Source of the DNA: Octopus vulgaris
Taxonomy: Eukaryota
NCBI GenBank assembly: GCA_951406725.2
Contig: OX597822.1
Coordinates: 25,296,001 to 25,360,000, forward strand
Direction: 5' to 3'
Length of the DNA stretch: 64,000 nucleotides
Part shown: positions 29,051-44,360 of the stretch, one piece after another
Position numbering within the stretch: position 1 is the first letter of the stretch
Layout: each line of letters begins with the position of its first letter
Notes under the pieces: model-generated
Told to the model about the DNA's origin: nothing
Seen by the model: the letters and a program-made list of their open reading frames with translations, nothing else
Databases searched by the model: none
Program-made: the position numbers and the translations under genes

Positions 29051-29122
29051 GCGCATCGACCACACTCAACTTTAATTTTTCTAATTGAAGTTCCGATAGT
29101 AAATAAATACCTACTAAATATG

Positions 29123-29173
<51 letters not shown>

Positions 29174-29177
<4 letters not shown>

Positions 29178-29367
29178 TAATTGTTATCGCCATATTAATA
29201 TGGCATTCTTATAGATATAAGAATAATCGCTGCCGCTGGTCAGCTCCATGAGGCCACCGCCATCAAGATAGCTATTGATACACGATCTGTATCCATTATG
29301 ACCAGCGGCAGCGATTATTCTTATATCTATAAGAATGCCATATTAATATGGCGATAACAATTAATTT
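29174..29367. repeat. Perfect 69-bp inverted repeat with a 56-bp spacer, in (TA)n
   Basis: Arms at 29174-29242 and 29299-29367. Related fragment at about 43433-43490. Confidence 0.85.
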
Positions 29368-29414
29368 CAGTAAACGCTGCCGTAATCTCTTTTATAGAGA
29401 CTTAGTAATTTTAA

Positions 29415-29468
<54 letters not shown>

Positions 29469-29472
<4 letters not shown>

Positions 29473-29845
29473 CACCGTGACCTAGCGTGTAGAAAAACTA
29501 GTCAATAGACTTTATATTATTCATTATATATACAGTGTACATTTAAACACATAAGAGATAGCCATAATCGGACATCTAAACCGCTAGAAGAAGTAGTTAA
29601 AATCCAAACCACAATTAGGGGTAATTTCGAAGGGGGAATGAAAAATTTAAATAATGGTAAATGTCTTTATTTTTTATTCCCTTTCGAAATTACCCCTAAT
29701 TGGGGTTTGGATTTTAACTACTCCTTCTAGCGGTTTAGATGTCCGAATATGGCCCTCTCTTATGTGTTTAAATGTTGCCTGTATATATAATGAATAATAT
29801 GAAGTCTATTGACTAGTTTTTCTACACGCTAAGCCACAGTGTTAA
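29469..29845. repeat. Imperfect ~175-bp inverted repeat in (TA)n
   Basis: TTAACAC...GAAAAA / TTTTTATTCC...GTGTTAA. A single-arm homolog lies at about 34737-34870. Confidence 0.8.
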
Positions 29846-29879
29846 AAAATTTCTAAATAATATTTTACTACCCTGAAAT

Positions 29880-29966
<87 letters not shown>

Positions 29967-31334
29967 CGTGTGTGTATATATATATATATTTATATATATA
30001 TATACTAGCAGAGATACGCGGCGTTGCCCGGTTACATTCAATTGAAGAATTAGAATTTTGTTATATTTTCTGTAATGAAATGGAATATCTATGTTTCGAA
30101 TTTCATCAAAATTGCAGATGAGGGTTATTTCCCTCTTTACACACCCTAAAAAAAATTGTAATCATGCCACGTGTATCCTATACTACTGATTTTTATGCGC
30201 ATATTCCAAAATTCCAGTCTTATTGAACCTGTTAAAAAGATTTTGCTTCTGAAAAATGAAGGCCATGGAGCTCTAAAATGTGAGAGTTATGGCCTCTGTT
30301 GGGGGTGGGCATCTTAATGTCAATCAGAGAAGTTGAATTGTTGAGAATCTTTTTAACTTGGGTCTTATATCTATTGTTTGAATTTCTTTGAAATAAGAAA
30401 TATATGTTCACTGGGTTTGTAAAAGAGAGCAAAGATACAGGAAACCAAAAGACGAATGATCACAATAAGCGGTTAGTTACCCTACCCTATTCGTTACCAC
30501 TCTCAATGTAGGATTCCTCACCATCAAGGTGACAGGCACAGCCGTAAGATGCATTACGAATCTATAGCAATTGGAAGGGCATGGCCCAACTGAAATCAAC
30601 ATGAACAACTGTGTGACGTGAGGGCTAAGAAGAAATTAAAGTGTCACATCTGGAGTTTGCAAATGACCACTATACTGATACGTAACTGGACAGAATAAAT
30701 TTAAAATCTATAAATGTCTTTGAATAACCAGTCACTCATCTGGGAAGGCCTTGAAATCAAAGTTACCATCTGGGGACTATGTGTGACCGAGTGATAATAA
30801 AAAGACTGAAAGGAGGTCTGCAATCAAATAACTTTACTTAACACTTTGCACCTCAATCAGTGGAGGCAAAGCTGCCTCTCATTTACTTGACAATTTATGC
30901 ACCACATTGCAGAAATCACAGTGTAAGTGCATGTCAAGGCAAACTGTTACACTGTTGTACCATTGAATTAGAAATAATGCCCAACTTTTATGCTCAGGTA
31001 ACCCTACAGCTTCCAAGAGCACAACTGTATTCGTTTTTGCTTAGATAAAATGACAAAATTGTGGTTGTCAAGTCCCCATGGAGGGGTCTTTCTAACTTTG
31101 TAAGAAGATGAAATTTTATAAATATTACTTCATTTGTGTCTAATATCTATGGTTAAAATTTCATCAACAGCAAAAATATATGAATTGTAATGGGGGTTAT
31201 GACCCTTATGCATAAAATATGGCCCTTATGCATAATTTGCAAGTTTCATAAAGATCCACTCAATACTTTTGACCTAGTTTTGGATCATAAAAGAAATGAC
31301 TAAAATTTGGGAGTTAAGGCTCCCTTTAGGGTGT

Positions 31335-31386
<52 letters not shown>

Positions 31387-31429
31387 TAGATAGATAGATA
31401 GATACACGCACACACATACAAAGATAAAT

Positions 31430-32720
31430 TGATAGGAAAATTTTTAAAATATTTTTCTAAAATTTTTGGGAAAATTAAAAATAAATTTTAGGAAATCTTC
31501 AAATGATTTTTCAAGAATTTTTGAGGAAAATTTTCAAATAATTTTTCAAAAATTTTTGGGGAAAATTTTCAAAAAGTTTTACTAAAAATTTGAGAAAAAT
31601 TTTCAAAATATCTTTCTAAAATTTTTGGGAAAACTTTTTAAAACTTTTTCAAAAATTTTGGGGAAAATCTTCCAAAAATTTTTAGTGAAAACTTTCAAAA
31701 AATTTTTCAAAAACTTTTGAGGAAAATTTTCAAAAATTTTTCTAAAATTTATGAAAACTTTCCAAAAATTTTCTAATATTTTGGGGGAAAATTTTCAAAA
31801 AATTTGTCAAAAACTTTTGAGGAAAATTTTCACAAAAATTTTTCAAAAATTCTTAGAAAAATTTTTCAAAGATTTTTCGGGAAAACTTTCAAAAAATTTT
31901 TCAAAAACTTTTCAGAAAAAATTTCAAATAATTTTTCAAAAATTTTTGAGGAAACTTTTCAAATAATTTTTCAAAGAATTTTAGGGAAAACTTTCAAAAA
32001 ATTTTTCAACAACTTTTCAGAAAAAATTTCAAATAATTTTTCAAAAATTTTTGAGGAAACTTTTCAAATAATTTTTCAAAGAATTTTAGGGAAAATTTTC
32101 AAAAAATTTTTCAAAAACTTTTGAGGAAAATTTTCAAAATATTTTTCAAAGAATTTTTGCCGAAAATTTTCAAAAAATGTTTGGTGAAAAGTTTCAAAAA
32201 ATTTTTCAAATATTTTTTGGGAAAATTTTCTAAAAATTTGTCAAAAACTTTTGCGGAAAATTTTCAAAAATTTTACTAAAATTTTGAGGAAAATTTTCAA
32301 AAAATTTTTCAAAAACTTTTGAGTAGAATTTTCAAAAATTATTCAAAACTTTTTGGGGAAAATTTTCAAAAAATTTTTTTTAATTTTGAGGAAAATTTTC
32401 AGAAACTTTTTCAAAAATTTTGGGGAAAATCTTCAAAGAATTTTCAAAAACTTTTGGGGAAAATTTTCAAAAAATTTTACTAAAATTTTGAGGAAAATTT
32501 TCAAAATATTTTTCTTAAATTTTTGGGAAAATTTAAAAAAACTTTTTCAAAAATTTTGAAAAATTTTTGGGGAAAATTTTCAAAAATTTTTGGTGAAAAC
32601 TTAAAACTTTTGAGGAAAATTTTTGATAAATTTTACAAAAGTTTTTGGGCAAAATTTTTTGAAAAATTTTTCAAAAGCTTTTGTGGAAAATTTACAAAAA
32701 TTTTTTTAAAAAATTTTTCA
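31430..32720. repeat. A/T-tract minisatellite (~22-23-bp degenerate unit, e.g. GGAAAATTTTCAAAAATTTTTG)
   Basis: Alternating A4-6 and T4-6 tracts, with a 105-bp higher-order duplication at about 31880-32120. Confidence 0.85.
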
Positions 32721-32890
32721 CTAAGAAAAAAAAAAGATTTTTTGCGTGGAATCAAGAGCTTGACCTAATGTTCTGCAAATCCCTTATTCTGGTTCGGAAA
32801 AAATTAGGTGGGGTTTACCCTCCCAATCCCGGAATTGATGGAAATGTCTTTTCGTTGAATGAATTCCTGTGACCTCCTAATATTGCAAAA

Positions 32891-33860
32891 TTAGGTTATT
32901 TTAGGTGAGCCTGGTAACTGATCGTTTTGGGATCTTGCTGTTTGACCTGCTTTCCGTGGGGCCCATTTTTTTCCATTCCTATTGTAATACGATGGAATCT
33001 GTGGATACAGCAAGGTTTGAGCGAATGGATCTACTTGACAAAGCTTGAAGAAAGCAGTGAGTGTGCTATCCCTTGGTTCCTCTGCCAACAGAGAAGCATT
33101 AGCATCGGTGAAGTACACTCTTTGACCATTTTCCAGGTGCACTGCAAGCTGTTGAATGGCGGGGTGTCGTTGGTGAATTGGAAAGCCAAAGATGCGCCAG
33201 AAAGACTCGTTGCTACTTATGTACCGTCCCACTTGATAATGCGTCACCTCATCCTGGCAGTATTCTTGTTAAGTCCAAACATTGCAGCGTCAGAACCCTT
33301 GTTTACATATTTGCAAACGTACTTGATGGATTTAACGGAGTTGCAAAACTCAACGTTGATGTGGGCATTGAAAGTCTTTGACAGGAGTGGGCAGTATAGA
33401 ACAATCCATCTATTATCAATATCGTGCTGTCCGATAGTTGCTGTGAAATTTCCGTCTTCTGGTTTTCTGCGTCTGTATGATGGATACCCATCAGCACCTG
33501 TCTGAGTTTCTTGTAGGAACCTCCTTGGAAATCTTTTTGAATATATGCTGTCCTTCAAGCATGGTGAGTTTATGTTGAATCCACGCCCACATGGACCATG
33601 TACCATGTTTGCTTTAACTATTTCGTATAGTTCTTTGTCTAAAGCTAGATCAGGAAACTCTGCAGAAATTATGTTGTAGATGTCATTGGAATTGATCTTC
33701 GCTGAGAGCCAAAGCAGGATATGAGCATATGGAAAGCCCCTTTTTTCCACTCGATTGTGTATATGTCACATTGTATGGGCCCAAAGACTTGTATGAGCTC
33801 CATGAGAGAGATTAACTTCAGATGGAAAACTCGGGCGTTGAGATTCCGGTTCGAATGTAA
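32891..33860 (-). pseudogene. Helitron Rep (HUH endonuclease) domain fragment
   Basis: KRGFPYAHILLW (degenerate HUH motif), MVHGPCG, KRFP, YPSYRRR, DNRWIV, HINVEFC, KYVCKYVNKG (Y2 motif), RYISSNE..WRIF, LAVHLE; frameshifted. Confidence 0.9.
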
Positions 33861-35544
33861 GGCAGGTTTGAAAGTGTTCCCAACAGGCATTAGTTGTAGT
33901 GGTAGAGTGTTTATGCCGAATATGTACGTATGCATGTATATATATGTATGTATACCAGTATATATGTACAAAATTCATTTTTGGACTTTCTTCTATCGAA
34001 GGCATTTTAACAAAAACGCTTCCGTAAAGACGGTGAAAATATTGTCAATTTCCCCAAACAGGGACACAATTCAATTTTTAAACAATAACCAAAGCCCCTT
34101 CTCTGAAAGGGGGGGGGTTACGGTTTACAATTATTTAACAAATGCAACACTACAACGTTTCCCTGACGAGGAATCAACAAACGTGATTACAATAGTCAAA
34201 CAGTAATAATAATAACAACAAACCTTTTTAATTTATCCCCATTTATGTGGAACCACTTATTCAAGTTCAAGTCATTGATGCAATTTTATACGAATTGCTA
34301 ATACACACACACACATATAATAAGGGTGAAAATTTGAATATTAATTTGATTAATATGAATTGAAAACCAGTGGTGTAGCATATAAGACCATAGCGGATCT
34401 TCTTCTATCAAAATGGATGACCGTTGTTAATGGTTCAACCCTGTTATATAATACTTTCACTTTAATAGTGAAAGTGTCTGCATTACAAAAGAGAGATGTT
34501 TTTGTTTCACTTTTAACACGTAATACTGAAATAGTGGAGAAGATATGAAATTGCTGTGGGGTCGCCCTAGGGAAAAAGTTAAGATTTTTTGCCGATGACA
34601 TTCCCCGGACCTTAAGTAAGGCATGTGTAAAATTTGAATGAAATTGGTTGTGTAGTTCTCAAGTTTTAGGGAAACACACAGACAGACAGACACACAGACA
34701 CACATTCTCAGTTTTATATATATAGATATAAATGAAATACAGTGTACATTTATACATATTAAGAGGTATCCATCATAGGACTCCCTTACCCTAGAAGGAA
34801 CAGCTAAAGTCCAAACCACTAATTAGGGATAAATTCTCGAAGGGGATGAAAAATAAAAACATTTACCATCTATTTCCTGGACCATGATTTCTGACATTTT
34901 TTAGCAAATAAAATAATTTGCCAGGCGAAGTCTTCGTTAACAGGTACGTCAAGATTGCAAAGCGTTTTGTCCGAAGGTGTAGTAATTCTGCTAATACCGA
35001 AATGAAACGAGAAATGCGTATGACTGAGTTACTACATGTCTGGTGTTGGGAAGCCAATTGAAGGGCTGTTGGTGTGAATCCAACCTGTCACTGGTGTTAT
35101 ATTGTGTCTGCAGTCCAGTCTGTCGTAAGCACGAACTAATACCGCAATTTTCAAACAACATTGCTGAAACTACTGACGGCTCTAAGAAACACGTGGATGT
35201 TCCGTTGGTTTGCAGTGCTGAGTTCAACACCTTTTGTGGGAATGTAATCTAGAGAGATATGGATTACGAGGAAGTTGTCAGACAATTTGATCTTGATAGA
35301 CAACACGAAACCTTCAGTGGTGCTCCTATCGATGTTAATGGGGTTTGTTACTTACCTTTGATCTTATATATTTAAAACAAAATGAAAGAAAATTTCCTAG
35401 AGTAGACACGCATATATATATATATACATGCGCATAATAGCAAAGTCTTGCATACCTATACAAACATACAATCTCAAAGAAACTCACGCAGACACACACA
35501 TGTGCACAAAATTTTATACACGCACACACATACACATACATACA

Positions 35545-35644
<100 letters not shown>

Positions 35645-35660
35645 CTCACATATATATGCT

Positions 35661-35698
<38 letters not shown>

Positions 35699-35981
35699 AA
35701 TATGCATAATATACATATACAGACGTATATATATAAACACATTTATACATAATTAGGTTGTGTATATGCACATATATGTGTACACATACACACACGCACC
35801 ACGCACATGTATATTACACAAGAGTGTACGCATCAAAAAGAATATTTTATAGCAGCGTAAATTGATACGTCCAAACATAAATGAATATATGTGTAAGCAA
35901 ATGCATATACTAACGGAATATATAAGCAGACCGTACCATCATTTTCGAAGAGGTGTGCACACATTCCAGCAACATATAGAA

Positions 35982-36085
<104 letters not shown>

Positions 36086-36304
36086 CATGATAATAATAAT
36101 AATAATAGTAATAACAACAACAACAACTGCAATGCCCGTGTGCATTGCTCACGCATGTGCATTCATGTTATCAATTTAAACCATATATATATAGTACATG
36201 CGTGTGTGTGCATATATACATATGCATATGTACACACACGTCCACACACATACATAGGCATATGTCTGCATTCATGTATATATATAAGAATATATTTGTA
36301 TATA

Positions 36305-36393
<89 letters not shown>

Positions 36394-36394
36394 G

Positions 36395-36433
<39 letters not shown>

Positions 36434-37329
36434 ATACATCTTCACACACACATATGTGCACACTTACACGTATATGCATATATGCCTATATAAATATAGA
36501 GGCGTCTGCATTCATGTATACTAATATGTATGTAAACGTGTGTGTGTCGATGTATATTTGCTAGCATGCGTACGTATGCATGCGTATGCGCATGTGTCTA
36601 TATTACATATAATACATAATCCATAATTCTACATAAACGAATAAACGAATACGTATACAACAGAGATACAAACAATGATACAAACACATTTCAACATGAA
36701 TGAAGAGAAGAGCTACGAAGAGTCAAGATTTGCAGTTTCACTGAGTTACAACTGGAGCAGATCATTGATTATGCATCAGAATAGCTGAAACGGAGGAAAG
36801 TGGAGCATAAGCTGACTTTATCACGAAGGAATCTGTCTGCAGGGTACTTTTCGTATTAAGGACGTTCACTTCTCATTCACCAAAATCCTTTTTGATGCTA
36901 AGCTTATCAATCAATATATTTTTGAACAGTTTATGAATTTATCGCTCCAGCCACACGATAGCAAGAGAAGAATAAACTTATATTAGATGATGAATGCAAC
37001 CGAACAAACCCGAACAGAATCGAATATAAGCGAAAACCTCCGAACTAAGCCGAGCACAATTAGTATATCGACGTAATCGAGAAGCCAGCGGTTGTGTTTC
37101 CAAAGTCGACACACAAATACGTCTCTCTGCCTCTATCTATCTCTCTCCTTCTCTCTCTCACTCTCCTGCTCTCTCTCTCACTCTCACTCTCATTCTCATT
37201 CTCCTCTCTTCCTCTCTGTCTGTCTGTCTCTTTGTCTCTCGCATTCTCTCCAGTTCTCTCTCTCTCTCTTTCTCTCTCTCGCGCGCGCACGCGCACGCAC
37301 GCACGCGCACGCACGCACGCGCACGCACG

Positions 37330-37374
<45 letters not shown>

Positions 37375-38187
37375 TCAGACACACACACACACACACAAAC
37401 GTACAAACTAACCAGGTAGCCTATTTGCGATTGCTTGACCTGCTAGAAATAGCAAACACATTCCCTCTAAATATTACGTATCACCTATAAAAAAATAAGT
37501 GACTGGACGTGTTAGCTAATGCATTTCTAGAAATACGGTTTGTATAATAAAAAATGAGGATGGTCAAGGGAGGAACGTCATTGATCATAGGCTTCCTTTA
37601 TTAAGATTGATCAGGGGTTAACCAGTACCATTAACATCTACAACTACAATGAAGACAATGTAACGGATCGTTAAATTGTTTTATCTTGAATTGCAGCTAT
37701 GGTGGGGGCACAGTCTAGAAGGGTTAAGTTTGATTCTTATTCTACTGATATCTTTCGCCGAACCACTAAGTCATGGGGTGTAAACAAACCAACACTTGTT
37801 AAGCGATGGGAAGGAAAACACAAATAAGAAGGCACACACTAACACACACACATACGATGGATTTGCACACAGTTCCCATAGACCAAATTCACTCAAAAGG
37901 AGTTGGTCTGCCCAAGGATATAATGAGAGACACTTGCCGAAAGTGCTGCCCAGTGGGATTGAACTTAAAACCACGAAGACACAAAGTGAACTTCTTAACC
38001 AAACAGCCGAACCTGCGCCTTATAGTTAATTTATTTAAGGGGAATTAGAAAGTTAATTAGAAATGAATATGTGACGAAGAAAATGAAAAAGCGACATTAG
38101 CCAATGAATAAATAACACGTTGATAATTTCATGAAGTACTGGAGACAACTCGGGTAATTTTTCAGACTATTTCGACTTCATATATGA

Positions 38188-38222
<35 letters not shown>

Positions 38223-38438
38223 TAGATAACAAATAAATGCGCCCTTTTTAAAGCCTAGCCAGGCTCATGGGCCCGGTTTCTTGGTTTCAATGGCGTATGT
38301 GTTCCCCAACTGACTGGACTGGAGCAACGTGAAATAAAGTGTTTTGCTCAAGAACACAGCGCATCTCCCAGTCCAGGAATCGAAACCACCACCTTACGTT
38401 CATGAGTTCAACACCCTAACCACTAAGCCCCGCACCTC

Positions 38439-38469
<31 letters not shown>

Positions 38470-39004
38470 GCATATACATATATGTGTGTGTGCGTGTCTA
38501 TATGTGTTTATAAATATGTATACGCTCACACACAGATACATGTATATCTGTACATGTATATCTGTATTATTACTTTCACATATACACATATGCATATGTA
38601 AATCCTACATAAAGACATACATACATACACACATACACACGTCCGTAAATACATACATAGATTCATACATAAACACACATATATGTATGAGAGAAAATGA
38701 CAAGTATATACACTGTGTTTCTTCTTTCTGCTCGACTGCAAGTGTAGGATAATTGAAATTTATAGAAAATTCCAAAGAGTTCGATGGAATATTGATACAA
38801 GAAGTCACGGACAAAAAGTTTATGCCTCATTTAGTCATCTATTTGAGTCCATTTCTTCTCAGCACACACACGCGCGCGCTCACACACATACAGATACGCA
38901 CTCTTTCGCATAGGTGACACGACCTATAAACAGTAGATCGGGCTACACAAAGCAATATTGGGCTATGTGTGTGTGTATGTACATATACATACTTATATAT
39001 ATAC

Positions 39005-39083
<79 letters not shown>

Positions 39084-39106
39084 GCTAGCTAGCTAGCTAT
39101 CTACCT

Positions 39107-40410
39107 GGACATCTATCGAGACCTTTCGACATCGCACGTTCGGTCCGTCAGGGATGCCCCCTCTCGTCGCTTCTATACGTATTGACTCTCGAGCCATTAT
39201 TGCGGAAGCTGGCAACTCTGAGGGGGATCCCGCGAGAACTGGGATGTGGGACGAGCGTGTCTGCATACGCGGACGACGTCACTGTCATAGTGTCTAGCCA
39301 CGAGCACATCGAGCAGGTCGGCGAGACATTGAAAAACTACGAAGTGGTGACAGGAGCGAAAATCAACCGGGAAAAGTCAGTGGGCTTGCGACTAGGCACC
39401 TGGAGAAGCAAGCCCATGCTGTCCACCAGCGCCTCCGTTGTGGGACGCTGGACCGACGGTCCAGTCGAGTTGCTCGGGGTCTGGTTCGGTCCGGACCTCC
39501 AAATGGAGAAGAACTGGAACGAGATAACGAGTAGGGTGGTCACTCTCGCCCGGCAATGGGCCGAGAGGAAACTGTCCCTAAAAGGTCGGGCGGAGGTGGC
39601 GAACACGTACATCGCGTCTGTCATCTACTACCGCCTGACCGTCGTGCCTTGTCCCGACCCTACCATCACCAAACTAGAACGCATTCTATTTCGCTTCTTG
39701 TGGAAAGGATGCTTCCCGATGGTCAGGCGATCCATTTGCTGTCAACACCCGTTAAAAGGAGGACTGGGCATGCCGTGGTTGATGATGCGCAGACACGCGC
39801 TGAGAGTGCGACATCTCCGGCTCTTCGTAGACGACGGTGAACAGGTGTGGTCGCCGTTTGTGAGGCACGCTTTCCCGCAGCTCGTCTCCATGACCGAACT
39901 GCAATCGTTCATCAAAAAGAGGCCTAGGAAGGGCGAATGGCACCGCGAGTGTCGCGTTGCTCTCAAGCAACTGTCGTCCTGGGTCAACCTTGAGTGACTC
40001 CATCACAACCATAGCATTCTATAGGGGATTAGAGGAGGGGAGGTACGACGACGAGCTCGGGGCGAACCTGGACGTCGACGAGGAATACCTGACCCGCCTT
40101 GTTCGGGACGACTTTCGGGCCAGGGCCCATGGACAACTTCCTCTCCCCCTTTTTTCCTCTTTTTTCTTCTTTTTTTCATTTTTCTTTTCTTTTTTCCCTT
40201 TTTCTTTTTTTTCTTTCCCTTTTTTTTCTTTTTTTCTTTTTTTTTCTTTTCTTTTCCTTTTTTTTTAATTTCTTTTTTTCTTGTTCTTTTTCCCTTTTAC
40301 GATCCCTTTTGATCGAAAACCTACGCCACTTTTTTTTCTCCCCCAAAAGAAAAGCTCTACCTTGTAACTTGTCCCATCAGTGTGCAGCCCTGTGTGGCCA
40401 ATAAAGAAAC

Positions 40411-40411
<1 letters not shown>
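39107..40411 (+). mobile_element. Tx1/L1-clade LINE, 5'-truncated and internally deleted, in (ATCT)n
   Basis: RT motifs SVRQGCPLS, AYADD, GAKINREKS, LLGVWF, LSLKGR and GGLG. Jumps to the T-rich 3' UTR at about 40141 and ends AATAAAGAAAC followed by (TATC)n. Confidence 0.9.
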
Positions 40412-40492
<81 letters not shown>

Positions 40493-40502
40493 GTCTATCT
40501 GC

Positions 40503-41795
<1,293 letters not shown>

Positions 41796-41804
41796 CCTAC
41801 CTAC

Positions 41805-41849
<45 letters not shown>

Positions 41850-42030
41850 GTCATTGAACGGTTATGCTGGAATATCACCTTGAAGGATCGGTTCAACAAA
41901 TCAATTCCAATATTTATTCTAATCGTCAGTTTTGCTGAACCGCTAAGTTACAGGGACGTAACATCGACTGACAAGCAGTAGTGGTGGAGGAGAGAATCAC
42001 AAACACAAAGACTCATACGCTCATACATAC

Positions 42031-42061
<31 letters not shown>

Positions 42062-42579
42062 CATACACACACACACAGACACACACAGAAACATGTATGT
42101 ATATTTATGCATGTGTACGTAGATGTATGCATGTACGTTTGTATGTACGTATGTGTTTGTGCGTGCGGGTGTGTATGTATGTATATATAAAAATATAAAA
42201 TATAAATATATATATATATATATAAAGGCCTTATTTTTCAAATACGCTAGCTGAATTCAATTCGTCTGAGTCGAAAGACGCCTGTTGTTATGTCCTGTTA
42301 TTATCATTATTATTATTATTATTATTATTATTGTTTTTTATTTGTATATTCGTGTAACATCGTCCGTCTTTTTGTCCTTGTTTCGTATACATTCCATCCT
42401 TTTTCCAAGGAATATACTGCTCGTAGCTTAGTTTTTCCTTGGGGCTGGCCAGATTGGAGCAATCTCAGCCGAAATTGCGAGGATGGTCCGGTTCTTGAAT
42501 GAAGATTAGAGGCTTCGAATGACCCGTTCGTGCTTTTTGTATCGTCTATTTGGGTGTTTTGCGTTATTGTCCCATTTTG

Positions 42580-42606
<27 letters not shown>

Positions 42607-42610
<4 letters not shown>

Positions 42611-43376
42611 CTTAGCCATTTTTTCTACTTCCAAAAGGGTCTTCCAGAGAAACCATAATACTTGAAGGTTATTTACACAGGCAGAGAGTAACGTAACGAA
42701 AATCAATCAATATCCGATCATCCATAGACGCGCGTTTCTGAATTAGGTTTTTATATAAAGAATATAAAAAATATACTTTACTAACCATATTCTTCATCAG
42801 TATGGATTTTCTGTAATAATCCGAAGGTACTAGAACATTTGGACGAATCTTTCCATATAACGGCTTTAAGCCGCTCATCTTCAATGTTAGTACCGCCAAA
42901 TTCAAAATATGAATGAGAATCGCTTAGCCTCCCCCGCCTTTCCACGTGTGTCTTCAAGTAAAATGCTACAGAAAAAATCAGCAGCATTTTCTCAGGGAGA
43001 AAGTTCTATTGTCAATAATAACAAAGGGTAAAATTAATTAATTAAGAAGTAATCAATAAATTTCACCAAGTAGAATTTGGTATGAAAACAGGGCCGTTAC
43101 ACGGTAAATTTTAGGAATACTAATAAAAAAGGTTCAGCAAAGAATTGCCTCACCACACACCGAAGTTCAGAAATAGAAGACCCTTTTTAAAGTAGAAGAA
43201 ATGGCTAAGATTTTTGGCTGCTATTTCTGAACTTCGGTGTGTGGTGAGGCAATTCTTTGCTGAACCCTTTTTATTAGTATTACTAAAATTTACCGTGTAA
43301 CGGCCCTGTTTTCATACCGAATTCTACTTGGTGAAATTTATTGATTACTTCTTAATTAATTAATTTTACCCTTTGT

Positions 43377-43380
<4 letters not shown>
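42607..43380. mobile_element. Nested inverted-repeat element in (TA)n (Penelope pLTR-like)
   Basis: 160-bp arms at 43017-43176 and 43221-43380; second pair at 42607-42644 and 43176-43213. Contains a hammerhead motif. Confidence 0.65.
42720..42807 (-). ncRNA. Type I hammerhead ribozyme
   Basis: Minus strand reads atccata-CTGATGA-agaat...attca-GAAA-cgcgcg-TC-tatggat. 7-bp stem I, canonical core, GUC site, palindromic stem III ACGCGCGT. Confidence 0.78.
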
Positions 43381-43435
<55 letters not shown>

Positions 43436-43718
43436 GAGATTACAGCAGCAGTACTGGGTATTAATAGTTATCGCCAAGTTAACATGGCAGTCCAGATATA
43501 TATCATACAATGGCTTAGCCAAACAGTTTTCGTCTACCAAATTTTACTTACAAGACCTTTATGGGCCTAGGGTTATTGCATCAATATATGTAATGGTACC
43601 GTCTTTGTTACCTTATCTTGTCTTGGGCCATGAAATCGTCATGAAATAGTACGGTGTTTCCTGGGTATTTCTAGACCCGCCAGAACCAAGGCCTTGCTAT
43701 AGCTGATTTCTTCTAGAT

Positions 43719-43754
<36 letters not shown>

Positions 43755-44360
43755 TAAAGAGAAGATCGTATCAGATGCTCTAGTCTGCTAATCTGTGGCC
43801 CTTGTTTTGTTCTCAACGTTTCAATGATAAAGTTTTGTCTCTTAGTAAAAAAGGTTAGCTTTTCTGTATAGGAAGATTGAACTGACAAACACACACACAC
43901 GCACATACAAATGCAAGCGCACACTCACACGCACGTGCACACAGATGCACATACACACACACAGACACACACACACAAATATAAGTATGTTTGTGTATTA
44001 TTTTAATTTAGTGTTTACTCGAGTATTATTATGTCTAATGTTGTTTGCACAGGGAAGCTTAATTTGAAATCTACGTATATAAAATTGACATTACTGGACA
44101 AACAACGCTGAAAATCTTCCCACTCAACTGGCAGTATCCATTAGACGTCTGGAAACAAAAATCTAGTATTGCAACTAATCTGTCACGTTAATATAAATTT
44201 AAAACCAGAGATTTTTCTCTCTGACAATCATCCAGTTCCTCTCAAGTCTTGGTTGCTTTTATCAACCTTTCACAGAGCGTCATCTCTCATGGCAAGAGCA
44301 ACGGCAAACACCATCAACCATTCACAGAGCGTCATCTCTCATGGCAAGAGCTACGGCAAA

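Larger units (their letters stand above)
30005..34726 (-). mobile_element. Defective Helitron (~4.7 kb)
   Basis: Minus strand begins A|TCTATATATATAAAA (34726) and ends with a GC hairpin then CTAG|T (30005). Contains a Rep pseudogene and a satellite. Confidence 0.78.

Noticed and set aside
31751-32872. K/F-rich ORFs
   Set aside because: Translations of the A/T-tract satellite.
34870-35400. Higher-complexity block with short ORFs and a minus-strand GGTAAGT donor
   Set aside because: No recognisable domain or partner exons; adjacent to a repeat arm, so probably element-internal.
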